Assembly: GCA_963777505.1 (NCBI GenBank)
Contig: CAVZQN010000003.1
Coordinates: 512,001 to 576,000, forward strand
DNA: 64,000 bases
Source: an uncultured bacterium
Lineage (GTDB): Bacteria; Acidobacteriota; HRBIN11; JAKEFK01
Direction of reading: 5' to 3'
Positions within the stretch are counted from its first letter, which is position 1. Every line of letters begins with the position of its first letter. Under the pieces are notes generated by a model. The model was not told where the DNA came from. It did not search any database and saw only the letters and a list, made by a program, of their open reading frames with translations. A program made the translations under genes and the position numbers. Of this stretch, positions 48,771-61,585 are shown one piece after another.

Positions 48771-49568
48771 ATGCTTCTTTCTGCAGTGGGCGTTATTCCG
48801 GCCCGATACGGATCAAGCCGCCTGCCAGGAAAACCTTTGGCAGATCTGCAGGGTAGGCCTCTCCTTTACCATGTCTATCACAGGGCTTGTAAAGCCAATT
48901 CATTGCGTGAAGTGTGGATAGCCACAGACGATGATCGTGTATTCGAAGTGGCTCAAGGTTTTGGAGCCCGGGTGGTAATGACTTCCGCGGGACACCGTTC
49001 GGGGACGGATAGAATTGCAGAGGCAATTGGAGAGATAGAGGCTGATATCGTCGTAAATATTCAGGGTGACGAACCATTAATTGACTTTGCAGCCATAGAT
49101 CATGCTGTAAATCTCTTGATTCGAGATAAAGACGCTGAAATGGCAACATTGAAAGCGCCAATCGATGATCCGGCAGATCTATGGAATCCAAATGTTGTTA
49201 AGGTCGTTGCTGATCAGCGCGGTTATGCTGTGTATTTTTCTCGAATGCCTGTTCCCTATCTTCGCAGAAAAGATCAACCTGGAGCGAGTCTACAGGAGAT
49301 TATTAAGAATGAGCCTTCTTTGCTCAAGTATTTTCACAGACATATCGGGTTATATGCATATAGACGCGAACTGTTGTTAAAATTTACAAAGTGGGCACCA
49401 TCTCCACTGGAACTGTTGGAGGATCTTGAGCAGTTGCGCGCGATTGAGCATGGAACGAAAATCAAAGTGGATGTATCATCGGCTGCAATATTTGGGGTTG
49501 ATACTCCTGAAGATCTGGAACGAATTCGACGACTGGTGCAGAAAAATCCAAAGCTTTTAGAAGCATAA
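48771..49568 (+). CDS. kdsB: 3-deoxy-manno-octulosonate cytidylyltransferase
   Basis: IPARYGSSRLPGKPL, SGTDRI, NIQGDEP, YFSR, HIGLYAY and LEQLR. Confidence 0.97.
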   Translation: MLLSAVGVIPARYGSSRLPGKPLADLQGRPLLYHVYHRACKANSLREVWIATDDDRVFEVAQGFGARVVMTSAGHRSGTDRIAEAIGEIEADIVVNIQGDEPLIDFAAIDHAVNLLIRDKDAEMATLKAPIDDPADLWNPNVVKVVADQRGYAVYFSRMPVPYLRRKDQPGASLQEIIKNEPSLLKYFHRHIGLYAYRRELLLKFTKWAPSPLELLEDLEQLRAIEHGTKIKVDVSSAAIFGVDTPEDLERIRRLVQKNPKLLEA

Positions 49569-49598
49569 AAAATGACTAATAAAAAAGGCGTGAGGTAA

Positions 49599-52056
<2,458 letters not shown>

Positions 52057-52060
<4 letters not shown>

Positions 52061-53013
52061 TGGATCGAATTGCCCGCGAAGTTTTGCAAAGTGAAGCGAA
52101 TGCGATTCTTGCATTGATCGACAGGATCGGTGCGAATTTCGAAAAGGCTATTGAATTACTTTCCGAGTGCAAGGGAAGAGTCGTCTTAACTGGAATGGGT
52201 AAGTCTGGAATCATTTGCAAAAAAATCGCAGCAACTTTTTCCAGCACAGGCCAACCTTCATTATTCCTGCATCCTGCCGAGGCGATCCATGGCGACCTGG
52301 GAATGGTTGCCACCGGAGATGTGGTGATTTCAGTTTCAAATAGCGGTGAGACCCCCGAAATTTTGAGATTACTCGAAATATTAAAAAGACTCGGGATTCC
52401 TTTGATTGCTCTTACAGGCGGAAACAAATCAACGCTTGCAAAGCATAGCGATGTCGTGCTCGATGTCAGTGTGACTCAAGAAGCTTGTCCGCTAAACCTT
52501 GTTCCAACGGCGTCTACAACTGCTGCACTTGCAATGGGCGATGCTCTTGCAATGTGCTTAATGGTAAAACATGGATTCAAGGAAGAAGATTTTGCGCGAC
52601 TTCATCCCGGTGGAAAATTAGGAAAGAAGTTAATGAAAGTGTCTGCTCTTATGAGAACTGGAGACGATATTCCGATTGTATCCGCAGATACTGTCATGAA
52701 AGATGTCATTTATGAGATGTCGCGAAAAAGAATTGGCATTACTGCAGTAATCGATAAAGAGAATAAAGTGGTTGGAGTGATTTCCGATGGCGATTTACGG
52801 CGACATCTTGAAAGCGATAATCAATTATTGTCACGCAAAGCTGAAGATGTGATGACTCGCACTCCCAAAACAATTCCAGGAGACGAATTGGCAACCACTG
52901 CGCTGAATTTAATGGAAGAAAAAAGAATTACTGCGTTGCTGATTTTGGATAACGACCACAGAATTCAAGGAATTATTCACGTTCATGATCTGTGGCGAAC
53001 CGAATTGTTTTAG
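52057..53013 (+). CDS. kdsD: Arabinose-5-phosphate isomerase (KpsF/GutQ, SIS plus CBS domains)
   Basis: GMGKSG, HPAEAIHGDLG, EACPLNLVPTAST, HPGG.LG and CBS pair. Confidence 0.96.
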
Positions 53014-53020
53014 ATTTTTT

Positions 53021-53038
53021 TACCGCAAAGACGCAAAG
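53021..53038 (+). repeat. Family A repeat copy
   Basis: TACCGCAAAGACGCAAAG in the 29-bp kdsD-kdsC gap. Confidence 0.82.
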
Positions 53039-53042
53039 TTAA

Positions 53043-53573
53043 ATGAATGAGACACTGCTTTCCAAACTCCGAAACATTCGAATGGTATTGCTCGATGTTG
53101 ATGGAGTCATGACTAACGGACAGGTGATGCTGCTTCCGGATGGTGAAGAAGTAAAATTCTTTTCCATTCATGATGGATTCGGCATCGTGTGTGCGATGAA
53201 ATCCGGCATTCGTATCGGAATCATCAGCGGCCGTTCTTCACAAGCGCTCAAGCTCCGCTGTCAAGAACTAAAGATCGAAGATGTCTATATGGATACGATG
53301 GAAAAGCTTCCAGTCCTTGAACGGATTGTTTCTGAAAGGAACATTCCGTACGATCAAATCGCATTCGTTGGCGATGATATTCCTGACCTGCCTGTGTTGG
53401 AGCGCGTGGGGTTGTCTGTTGCGCCACAAAATGCTCATAAAGCCGTAAAAGCACGAGTGGATCTTATTCTGAATAAGTGTGGAGGCGATGGAGCCGTACG
53501 CGAATTTTTGGATCAACTTTTAGAAGCACAGGGGAAATTAGATTCGATTTTGAAGAAATACAGTTCGCATTAA
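53043..53573 (+). CDS. kdsC: KDO8P phosphatase (HAD)
   Basis: DVDGVMT, DGFGI, ISGR, GDDIPD and GG.GAVRE. Confidence 0.95.
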   Translation: MNETLLSKLRNIRMVLLDVDGVMTNGQVMLLPDGEEVKFFSIHDGFGIVCAMKSGIRIGIISGRSSQALKLRCQELKIEDVYMDTMEKLPVLERIVSERNIPYDQIAFVGDDIPDLPVLERVGLSVAPQNAHKAVKARVDLILNKCGGDGAVREFLDQLLEAQGKLDSILKKYSSH

Positions 53574-53589
53574 CCGCAGAGACGCTGAG
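53571..53589 (+). repeat. Family A repeat copy starting at the kdsC stop codon
   Basis: TAACCGCAGAGACGCTGAG. Confidence 0.82.
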
Positions 53590-53592
53590 ATC

Positions 53593-54423
53593 TTATTCTT
53601 GAATGCCGCCGGAGGAGTGCTCAAGCCATTGTTCGAGAGGGGCATGAGTATCCTCAGGAAGACGTAATTTCAAACCCATTCGGGAAGCGGAGCTTCTTTC
53701 ATCACGGATCCATCGTACTTCTGCCTGACATTCCAGCGGTCCTTTCTTTACTGGAACAAAGAGCCGGACAAACAATTCTTTGTCGTCGATTTTTCTGATG
53801 CCTTTCACAAGACAGAGCCCACTTCTACTCATGTTTGTTGTGCTGGTTGAAATCCATTGACCATCGTTCGTACGAAAAACGATCGGTACAGACATCCTGT
53901 AACGAGGCTCCCGCCGAGTCGAAGCTGCTTCCAGGTCCAATTGAAGCGGATAGTCCGTAACATTTACTTCAACGTGCAACGGAAGTGTGCGAACTTTTAG
54001 ATCTGGCGAAATAATTCGTACTAAATAGTTTCCCGGGGCAAGGCGATATGCAATTCCTCGATCTCCGCGTACAACGCGAAAATTGTTATCGACTCTTTCT
54101 ACTTTGATTTCACAACGTGGGACTGTGCGATTTAAAGAATTGACAGGGCGAAGATAAATTTCATCTATGATCGAATTCAAATTCAATTCATGCAAATTGT
54201 GTTGATTCGCTTCGATATTTAAGGTTAGTGAACGTTGAACTTCTGCGCCATTTACGCGAAATAAGGTTAACGTCCCCGGGTATCGGCCTGCAGGCAGGCG
54301 ATCCATTCGAAGGAATTTTCCCATCCGTTCATCAATTCCTAGTAGTGGAATAGTCAGACGGGCTGAATGAACATAGTGCGGGCTGAATTCGACTTTAAGG
54401 ACAAGTGCCCCTGCGTTTCGCAT
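53593..54423 (-). CDS. C-terminal PilZ domain protein
   Basis: RREPR (RxxxR) and NMSRSG (D/NxSxxG), A.VRW...MGL.L. Confidence 0.8.
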   Translation of the reverse strand: MRNAGALVLKVEFSPHYVHSARLTIPLLGIDERMGKFLRMDRLPAGRYPGTLTLFRVNGAEVQRSLTLNIEANQHNLHELNLNSIIDEIYLRPVNSLNRTVPRCEIKVERVDNNFRVVRGDRGIAYRLAPGNYLVRIISPDLKVRTLPLHVEVNVTDYPLQLDLEAASTRREPRYRMSVPIVFRTNDGQWISTSTTNMSRSGLCLVKGIRKIDDKELFVRLFVPVKKGPLECQAEVRWIRDERSSASRMGLKLRLPEDTHAPLEQWLEHSSGGIQE

Positions 54424-54471
54424 TCGGTTTTCTAGATTCTATGCTGGATATTAATGAGGGTCAAATGGTGT

Positions 54472-54489
54472 CTTTGCGTCTTTGTGGTT
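54472..54489 (-). repeat. Family A repeat copy
   Basis: Reverse complement AACCACAAAGACGCAAAG, just after the SDR stop. Confidence 0.8.
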
Positions 54490-54492
54490 TGA

Positions 54493-55248
54493 TTATCTTG
54501 CGCAGGTTAAAGCCCGGCCACCGTCGATACTTGCGGTCAATCCCGTAATCCAGGAGGCTTTTGAGGAAGCCAGGAAAAGGATTAAATCGGCGATTTCTTC
54601 GGGGCTGCCGACACGTCCCATCGGATGCGTTGTTGTCGACCGTTCGAGAAATGCTTTGTATTGATCTTCGCCCATCCCACCCGATCGATGTAACTGGGTT
54701 ACTACAACACCCGGATTCACTGCATTCACACGAACGCCCTTCGAAGCAAGTTCAAGTGCAGTACAACGTGTAAACTGATCCAATGCAGCCTTACTAACAC
54801 TGTAAGATAAAATTCCTGGAAAGGAACGAAGCCCTGCAACGCTTGAAACACAAACAATGTTTCCTTTTCTCTGGATCAGTTCAGAAAGACAAAGCTGTGT
54901 AAGATGAAAAATAGAACGTAGATTAATGTTCATCATTTCATCCCAATCTTTCAGCGTGACTGTTTCAATGGAACCTGATCCTATGATCCCGGCTGCATGG
55001 ACAACAACATCGATTCCATGCAGTTTTTTTACAATTGAATTGACACACTCAGCTGTTTCATCAGGATTTCTAAGATCCGCTGCAAATGGATAAATGTTTT
55101 GATTGTTTTGCTGTAGATCTTGCAGTTTTTCAATTCGTCTTGCTACGGCAGCAACAGTCGCACCTTCCTGTGAAAAACGGATTGCTGTTGCTTCACCAAT
55201 ACCGCTGCTTGCACCTGTTACTAAAACAATTTTGTTTTGAAATTCCAT
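54493..55248 (-). CDS. SDR family oxidoreductase
   Basis: TGASSGIG, SSVAG, YSVSK and VRVNAVNPG. Confidence 0.95.
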   Translation of the reverse strand: MEFQNKIVLVTGASSGIGEATAIRFSQEGATVAAVARRIEKLQDLQQNNQNIYPFAADLRNPDETAECVNSIVKKLHGIDVVVHAAGIIGSGSIETVTLKDWDEMMNINLRSIFHLTQLCLSELIQRKGNIVCVSSVAGLRSFPGILSYSVSKAALDQFTRCTALELASKGVRVNAVNPGVVVTQLHRSGGMGEDQYKAFLERSTTTHPMGRVGSPEEIADLILFLASSKASWITGLTASIDGGRALTCAR

Positions 55249-55288
55249 AACGATATTTTTTTACCGCAAATCCGACGTTACAAATTAT

Positions 55289-55913
55289 TTACAAATCGAC
55301 TCCGAATCCAATTAAACCATGAACTGCAAGATTTGGAACTGTGGCTTCACCATCAGCAATTGAAACTGTAGCTTTCGCTGCTGTAAATTTTCCTTCAATT
55401 GAAAAGAAAAAGCGACTGCTAACGTAAAGACGTTTTTCTATTCCAGCTTGAACACAAAATCCAGAAAGCTCATTATCAGAATTAAATGGAATCCCACGAA
55501 TTACAGATTCAGAATGGCTGATAACCGCTCCTGCACCGGCTCGAAGATGCACTCCTTTAAACGTCCAGGCATGATTTGCAAAGAGCATATTATACCCGTG
55601 GCTTACTTCGAAATGATTCACTTCCGGCGGATTATTTTTGAGATAGATCTTATGATGTAAAAATTCTATTTCCCATGAATGCTTTAGATTTCGACGCGAA
55701 ATGCGCCAACCATAGTAAGGTGCATCTTCAAACGGACGCGTTTCGTATTCCGCATCAAATGACAATTCGGGAAAAGGTGGTTGTTCAATCTTTAGATTCG
55801 TATCGAAATTCAGAGCACTTCCTGTTCGAATCTCCAGATGACCACCAGTTGTCATTTGCTGCAACAGGAAATGCGATACACATCAAAAGTGTGGAGAAAA
55901 ATACAGTCCTCAT
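55289..55913 (-). CDS. Small outer-membrane beta-barrel protein with an apparent +1 frameshift near 55840
   Basis: ATG 55913 gives a signal peptide (MRTVFFSTLLMCIAFPVAA) in a different frame from the barrel ORF 55289-55864 (PYYGWR, HHKIYL, FEVSHGYN, C-terminal GFGVDL). Confidence 0.6.
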
Positions 55914-55914
55914 A

Positions 55915-55942
55915 CTCTGTGTTCTTTGGGAGTCTTTGAGTA
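55915..55942 (-). repeat. Degenerate family A-like repeat
   Basis: Reverse complement TACTCAAAGACTCCCAAAGAACACAGAG, directly before ATG 55913. Confidence 0.4.
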
Positions 55943-55948
55943 CAAATA

Positions 55949-55979
55949 AAAAAGGGTGGTCAATTTGACCACCCTTTTT
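55949..55979. terminator. Intrinsic terminator (bidirectional form) downstream of the TonB receptor
   Basis: AAAAAGGGTGGTCAA-T-TTGACCACCCTTTTT hairpin, 14 nt past the receptor stop. Confidence 0.85.
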
Positions 55980-55993
55980 AGAAAACCAAAAAC

Positions 55994-58863
55994 TTAGAAT
56001 ACGATGCGGAAACCGAGCTGAGCAAGGCGCTGTTCACCTTGTCCTGGATCACCCGCAAAGGTGTTCGGGAGTACCGAAACCAGGATCATTCAGATCGCCG
56101 TTGATTTCATTTCCGCCCTGACGATTCGCTGCAGGATTGTCACTGTTGAAGACGTTGAACAATTCGAAGATTCCTTCGACTCGGAACGTATCTCCAAACT
56201 GGAAGAACTTGCTAACGCGAAGATCAAGTTGGTTAAATGAATCACCACGTTCAGCATTCACATTTGCTTCGGGCGTATCATAATTCAATCCATCGCCATT
56301 CAGATCTGTTGTAACAAAAGTATTAAATGGCTTGGCTGAATTTGCACGGAAGAATCCGGAAACCGTGAAACCCCATGGTAGATCATCCGCTATACCCGCG
56401 ATCACGAAACGATGACGAGCATCAGGCGTAAGAGGTCCAACCATTCTTGGATCATCTTGTGGCCCGATTCTGAAATCGAGTGAGCAATGTGTGCAAACTA
56501 CCAGGTGAACCCAGTCTGAATTCATCGGAACCGGGCAGGATGTTTCCTTCAACTTTTGAAAGAGTGTAGGAACCCTGGAATTGGAAGCCACGTGTTAAAC
56601 GCTGACGATAGCTTACGTTTAGGCCATCATAGTCACTAAAACCACCCGGCATATAGATGCGAGGACCTGACCCGAAATTCGGAAGCATTCTAGGACCACC
56701 GATATCTGGTGCTACCGTTGAATTTGAAACGGATATATTGATCGTTGACTGCAACGTGAACGTAATCTACGTCCAGTGCTGCATCGTTTCCAATTTGTCT
56801 GCTTACACCAGCTGAAAATTGATTCGTATACGGGATTTTCCAATTAGGTGATAACACATCGTTTGGTGCTGCAAGGGCGCCGCCTTGATTCGGAGGAAGC
56901 GGATCTCCAGGTTGGAAGAAACTGCCATCCGGATTTCGGATGCCTGCAGGATCGTTTACGTTAGTGTAGATAGAACCGAATCCACCTAGAGGCCGCTTGC
57001 GGGAAGAGAAGGTTCGCATTCGTATAGGGGAAATCGTAATAGAGACCCCATCCACCACGAATTACTGTTTCTCCATCGCCAGCTACATCATAAGCTGCAC
57101 CTAGACGAGGCTGAAAATTGTCGTTGTCCATTTCAATGCTGCCATCAGCACTATCTTGAAATGGTTGCAGCCATGAGAAGTCAAATTGAGAGTTATGAAG
57201 GTCCTGGAACAAAGTGCTGGGCGATTGATTGATTTCCAGGCCTGATACATAGTCATAACGCAGACCTAAATTAAATGTGAGTCTGTCATTTATGTTCCAA
57301 TCATCCTGGAAATACAATCCATACTGATCATTGGGAGTCGAATCTCCGAAAAATCCGCCATTGATGTTGATGTTGACGATCGGAGAATCGCGTTCCGGAC
57401 CCAGGTGATCAAAACGGGGAACTGTACCTGTTGTAAATGAACCTCCGAGAGTCGGTTCATGCACATAGTTGATGCCCACTTTGAAATGATGCCCACCCAT
57501 ACTTAATGAGAAGTCATCTTTAAATTGATACTTTTCCTGTGTTGTCGTTTGGGGAGTATTTGGGTTTTGACCTAAATACACGCCATTAGGAAAGACTTCT
57601 GTTGGATCTGAAGATGTTGGCAAAATCGCATTTTTAAAGTCGGCATATTGGAAAGTAAATTCATTCAACTTGTTATCGCTGATCAACGAAGTTGTGACTT
57701 GCCAGAATTGAATGAAAATCATTTCCTAGAATACCGCGCGCGTTTGCTGCGTATGTTGGAGCGGCACCATAGACGGTTTCGGTTTTTTGCTGACCATAGC
57801 GAACAGTCAGATACTGCTGCGGAGTCAGATTCGAAGTGCCTTTAACCGTATACAAAGTGTCCTTTGTTGGAAGAGGCACGGTCCCATCTAATTCGGGAGC
57901 AGTTCCTAAAGTATTAACAACCGATTCCTGGTCCGTTTGTGATCGTTCAATTGCGATGAAGAAGTGTGCTCTATCACGAACGATTGGTCCACCGAAAGAA
58001 CCACCAAATTGTTCGCGACTGTAAGCTGCTGGATCATCCAGACCTGTTTCTTCTTCAGTCGTTGTAAGCGAATTTAATGCGTCATCGCGGAACAACGAGA
58101 AAAAGGATCCATGAAGATCATTGGTTCCAGATTTGGTAACAACGTTCAATACACCGCCGCTTGAACGTCCATATTCAGCTTTGTAACGGTTTGTTAACAA
58201 ATTGAATTCAGCGATGGATTCCAACGAATAGAATTGATTAATTCCACCAACGGTATCGTCATTGTTATCGCCGCCATCAACTGTTACGTTCATGTTGCGG
58301 CCGCTGCCGCCGATCAAACTAACCGCTAAATTGCTCGGTCTTGTTGGATCGGGATGCACTGTAAGAGTTGTGCCGGGAGCCAATGCGCCTAAGTTTGCAA
58401 ATTGGCGTCCATTCAACGGTAGATTTTCCACCTGTTCCGGTGTTACTACAGTTGCGATGTGTGATTCTGTTGTTTCAATTAAAGGTGTTTCACCCGTAAT
58501 TTCCATTGTTTCGGCTGTGGCAGAAAGTTTCATTCCGAAATCAATGCTAACAGTACGTCCGACATCTAAGCGGATACCTTTTTGAATTGTAGTTGCGAAT
58601 CCTTGAAGTTGGGCCGTGATGTCATATGTTCCAAATGGAAGAGATGGCATCCGGTAAACTCCGGATTCATCCGTGACATCGTTTCGTTCAAGCCCTGTAT
58701 CAAGATTCTTTGCTGACACGGAGACGCCGGGTAATGGATTCCCCTGGTCATCATTGACCGCGCCGGTCAAATTTGAAGAAGCCACCTGTGCAAATGCGTT
58801 AAACGAAGTTAGTACGCATAAGATCAGAATGGCCGTGGATAATAATAGCCACGGTCTTTTCAT
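55994..58863 (-). pseudogene. Oar-type TonB-dependent receptor with carboxypeptidase-regulatory N-domain, broken by five frameshifts (pseudogene or sequencing error)
   Basis: MKRPWLL signal after GGAGG, LPLNGRQF..L..LAPG, AEYGRSSGG..NVVTKSGTN..HGS, QDDW.INDRLT.NLGLRYD, PRLG.AYD, DLRVSK, FNVFN and C-terminal AQLGFRIVF* spread over six frame segments. Confidence 0.85.
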
Positions 58864-58992
58864 AGAATTTCCTCCTGAAGGAATAAGAAAGAACAGTTGC
58901 ATGTTTCTAATTGGATTAACGTTATCATAGCACGGGACTTCCCAACCCTGCTTCAATTGATTCCGAGGGATAACGTCATACACCCTATGGAC

Positions 58993-59008
58993 AGCAAGTC
59001 TTGTACCA
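58993..59008 (-). promoter_or_regulatory. Sigma54 (-24/-12) promoter upstream of the TonB receptor
   Basis: Minus strand TGGTACAAGACTTGCT has GG-N10-GC spacing and matches TGGYAC-N5-TTGCW; about 130 nt before the ATG. Confidence 0.7.
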
Positions 59009-59126
59009 CGCATTACACGAGGGCCAACTGTCGAAAATCACCTCTGTACCACCGTTTTTGTGGTACGAAATGTTTGGATAATCCTAAAACCAATCCAATA
59101 AATTGGATGGACTCCATATCTTCGTA

Positions 59127-61208
59127 TCAGGATGGATTTCGAGAGGAGATTTGATTTAGTAGGAGTTGGGCATTTTCTCGGTCACGTTTCATCCAGGCAG
59201 GCGCAATTTTCAGGAAGGCGCTGTATAGAGTGCGAGCCTTATTGATTTCCCCCAGGGTGTGATACGCGATACCAAGATTTAGATAAACTTCGACGAAAGT
59301 TTTATCCAGATCAATGGCTTTTTCTAAATAAGGCAAAGCATCACGAGTTTTACCTTCCCGGATTAAAACAGTAGCCAGTCCGTTGAGTGGGTACGCATAT
59401 TTCGGAGATAAACGAATCGATTCCTTATAAGCTTTCTTAGCGTCTTCGAAACGTCCAATTTCACGCAACGCATTGCCATAGTTATTCCATGCAACTGCAT
59501 TATTGGGGTCTAACTGTAGAACTTTGATGAATTGCTTTTCTGCTTCTTCAAATTGACCCGTATCAACCAGCAGCATCCCTAATACACCTTGAGCATCCGA
59601 GCGATTCGGATTGATCGCGATGGATGCTTGCTGCGCTTTCATTGCTTCTTGATAATTTCCCAATTCTTTATAAGTCAGCGCGAGGTTTTGATATGCATTT
59701 TCATCTGCAGGATCAACCTGGATTGCTTTTTGTAAATGTTCAAGCGCAGGAATCAATTTCTTTTCTTGAAGATACTTGGAAGCAAGCGCAATCCGGAAAA
59801 AGTTATTTTCAGGTTCAGCAGCAGTCAGTTCTTCCAATATTTTGAAGCCTTCATCTTTTTTATCGTTCGGAAGAAAAGAAACACGCTCATATTTTTGCCA
59901 AACACCGATTTTGTCTTTTGGGTCAGCATTACTTCTTTTGGTGGATGCGTTCGTTGCTCCGATGTATCCAAGACTCTTTAGCTTTTCAAGTGTTTCTGCA
60001 TCAGGACCTTTAGCGTTTGATGGATTCGTATCGGTGTAAGACTTTGAAAGTTCATCTTTTAGTTTTGTGGTGATACTTTGCTCTTGTGAAAATTTGTTTT
60101 GATTTTCATTGGGATCAGATCGCCAATCGTATAGTTCAGAGCGTGTTGTTGAAATCAGTTTCCAATTATTTCTGATTAATCCCTGTAGGCCATTCCAACC
60201 CAGCAATTCCGGATATCTTGATTCAAAATAAATATCCTTGGTGCGTTCTGTGGAGTCCAGCAAAGTTAGGAGATTTTCGCCATGGCGTGCAGTTGAATCA
60301 GCGATTCCAGACAGAGCGAACAGCGTTGGAACAACATCAACGGTAGCTGTCGCAAGTTTAACTCGCTTATTTTTTGGCGCGCCGGGGAATGTTATGAGGA
60401 ATGGAATTTTCAATGTGCTGTTGTATGTGAAAAACCCGTGAGTGGCTTCTTTATGCTCGCCCAGACTCTCTCCGTGATCGCCAATGATTGTAGTAATCAG
60501 GTTCTGGTCTTTATTGTTGTTTCTTAGCCAATTTAGAATTTCACCGATTTGACTATCAACAAATTGAACCTCGCCTGCGTAATTTTTGTAAGGTTCAGGC
60601 GGAGCATACGGTGTATGCGGATCATAATAATGAAGCCAGAGGAACCATGGCTTTTCATTGAAATTCTGAAGGATTTGAATACCGCTGGCAGTCACCTCAT
60701 TCCCAGGACGTTCGACTTCGAAGTTTGAAGAGACTCCTGGTTGCCGTTCCATCTGATCATCATAAATATCAAAATCGGAATTCAATCCAAATTTTCGGTC
60801 CAGCACAAATGAAGAAACGACAGCTCCTGTTTGATATCCATGTTTTTTCAATTCATGGGTAATTAATGATTCAGGCTGCGCAAAAATTTCCAATCCGTTG
60901 TTATGAATGCCATGTTTTGATGGGAACATGCCGGAGAGGATCGATGTATGAGATGGGAAGGTCAATGGAACTTGACTGAAAGCATTCTCAAACAAGATCC
61001 CGTTTTTTGCGATTTCGTCAAGGTTGGGGGTTTTATTTTTTCCGCCATAACAGGAAAGATGATCCGGTCGGATCGTATCGATAGTGATAAGAAGAATATT
61101 GGGATTTTGCAGCGGACTAAATCGTCCGGCTTTGTCACGAAAAAATAAGAAATAGCCTGCAAGTGTCAAAACAGCCAGTACAAGAATCAACAGAATCTTT
61201 TTTGTCAT
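59127..61208 (-). CDS. Sulfatase/alkaline phosphatase superfamily hydrolase fused to C-terminal TPR array
   Basis: NILLITIDTIR.DHL, VPLTFPSHTSILSG, WLHYYDPH.PY, GDHGESLGEH, LKSLGYI, then multiple TPRs. Start moved to ATG 61208 (MTKKILL plus TM). Confidence 0.88.
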   Translation of the reverse strand: MTKKILLILVLAVLTLAGYFLFFRDKAGRFSPLQNPNILLITIDTIRPDHLSCYGGKNKTPNLDEIAKNGILFENAFSQVPLTFPSHTSILSGMFPSKHGIHNNGLEIFAQPESLITHELKKHGYQTGAVVSSFVLDRKFGLNSDFDIYDDQMERQPGVSSNFEVERPGNEVTASGIQILQNFNEKPWFLWLHYYDPHTPYAPPEPYKNYAGEVQFVDSQIGEILNWLRNNNKDQNLITTIIGDHGESLGEHKEATHGFFTYNSTLKIPFLITFPGAPKNKRVKLATATVDVVPTLFALSGIADSTARHGENLLTLLDSTERTKDIYFESRYPELLGWNGLQGLIRNNWKLISTTRSELYDWRSDPNENQNKFSQEQSITTKLKDELSKSYTDTNPSNAKGPDAETLEKLKSLGYIGATNASTKRSNADPKDKIGVWQKYERVSFLPNDKKDEGFKILEELTAAEPENNFFRIALASKYLQEKKLIPALEHLQKAIQVDPADENAYQNLALTYKELGNYQEAMKAQQASIAINPNRSDAQGVLGMLLVDTGQFEEAEKQFIKVLQLDPNNAVAWNNYGNALREIGRFEDAKKAYKESIRLSPKYAYPLNGLATVLIREGKTRDALPYLEKAIDLDKTFVEVYLNLGIAYHTLGEINKARTLYSAFLKIAPAWMKRDRENAQLLLNQISSRNPS

Positions 61209-61237
61209 GTTTCTTTGTAAGCGTAAACTATGAATAA

Positions 61238-61540
61238 ATGAACTTCCAACTTCGAGCCGAATTCTTAGGCAAAACTGAAGCTGAAATCCGCGAAGAGATG
61301 GCTTCAGCTCTCGGTAGAATCGGCAAAAGACTTGAAACACTCATATCTGAATTACATCATCATCAAAAACACCTGGCTTCTTGTCACGAAAAAGAAAAAG
61401 AACGTCAAATCAAAAAATACCAGAATACCCACCGTGAAGCTCGTCTTTATTACTGGTATTTGATGATCCAACGTGAATCGATCGGATTGAGAAATCATGA
61501 TCTATTGTCGGAGTTATATCCTATTCCACCAATACTGTAA
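61238..61540 (+). CDS. Small helical hypothetical protein (DUF6665-like)
   Basis: E.EI..E.ASALGR.G..LE and A....W...IQRE..GL. Confidence 0.6.
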   Translation: MNFQLRAEFLGKTEAEIREEMASALGRIGKRLETLISELHHHQKHLASCHEKEKERQIKKYQNTHREARLYYWYLMIQRESIGLRNHDLLSELYPIPPIL

Positions 61541-61585
61541 TAGGGGCTTCGCAATCATTTAGTAAAACGATTATTATAGACGTCT

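Noticed and set aside
55994-58863. Programmed frameshifting or phase variation of the TonB receptor
   Set aside because: The breaks are not at slippery heptamers or long homopolymers, and five independent events are implausible.
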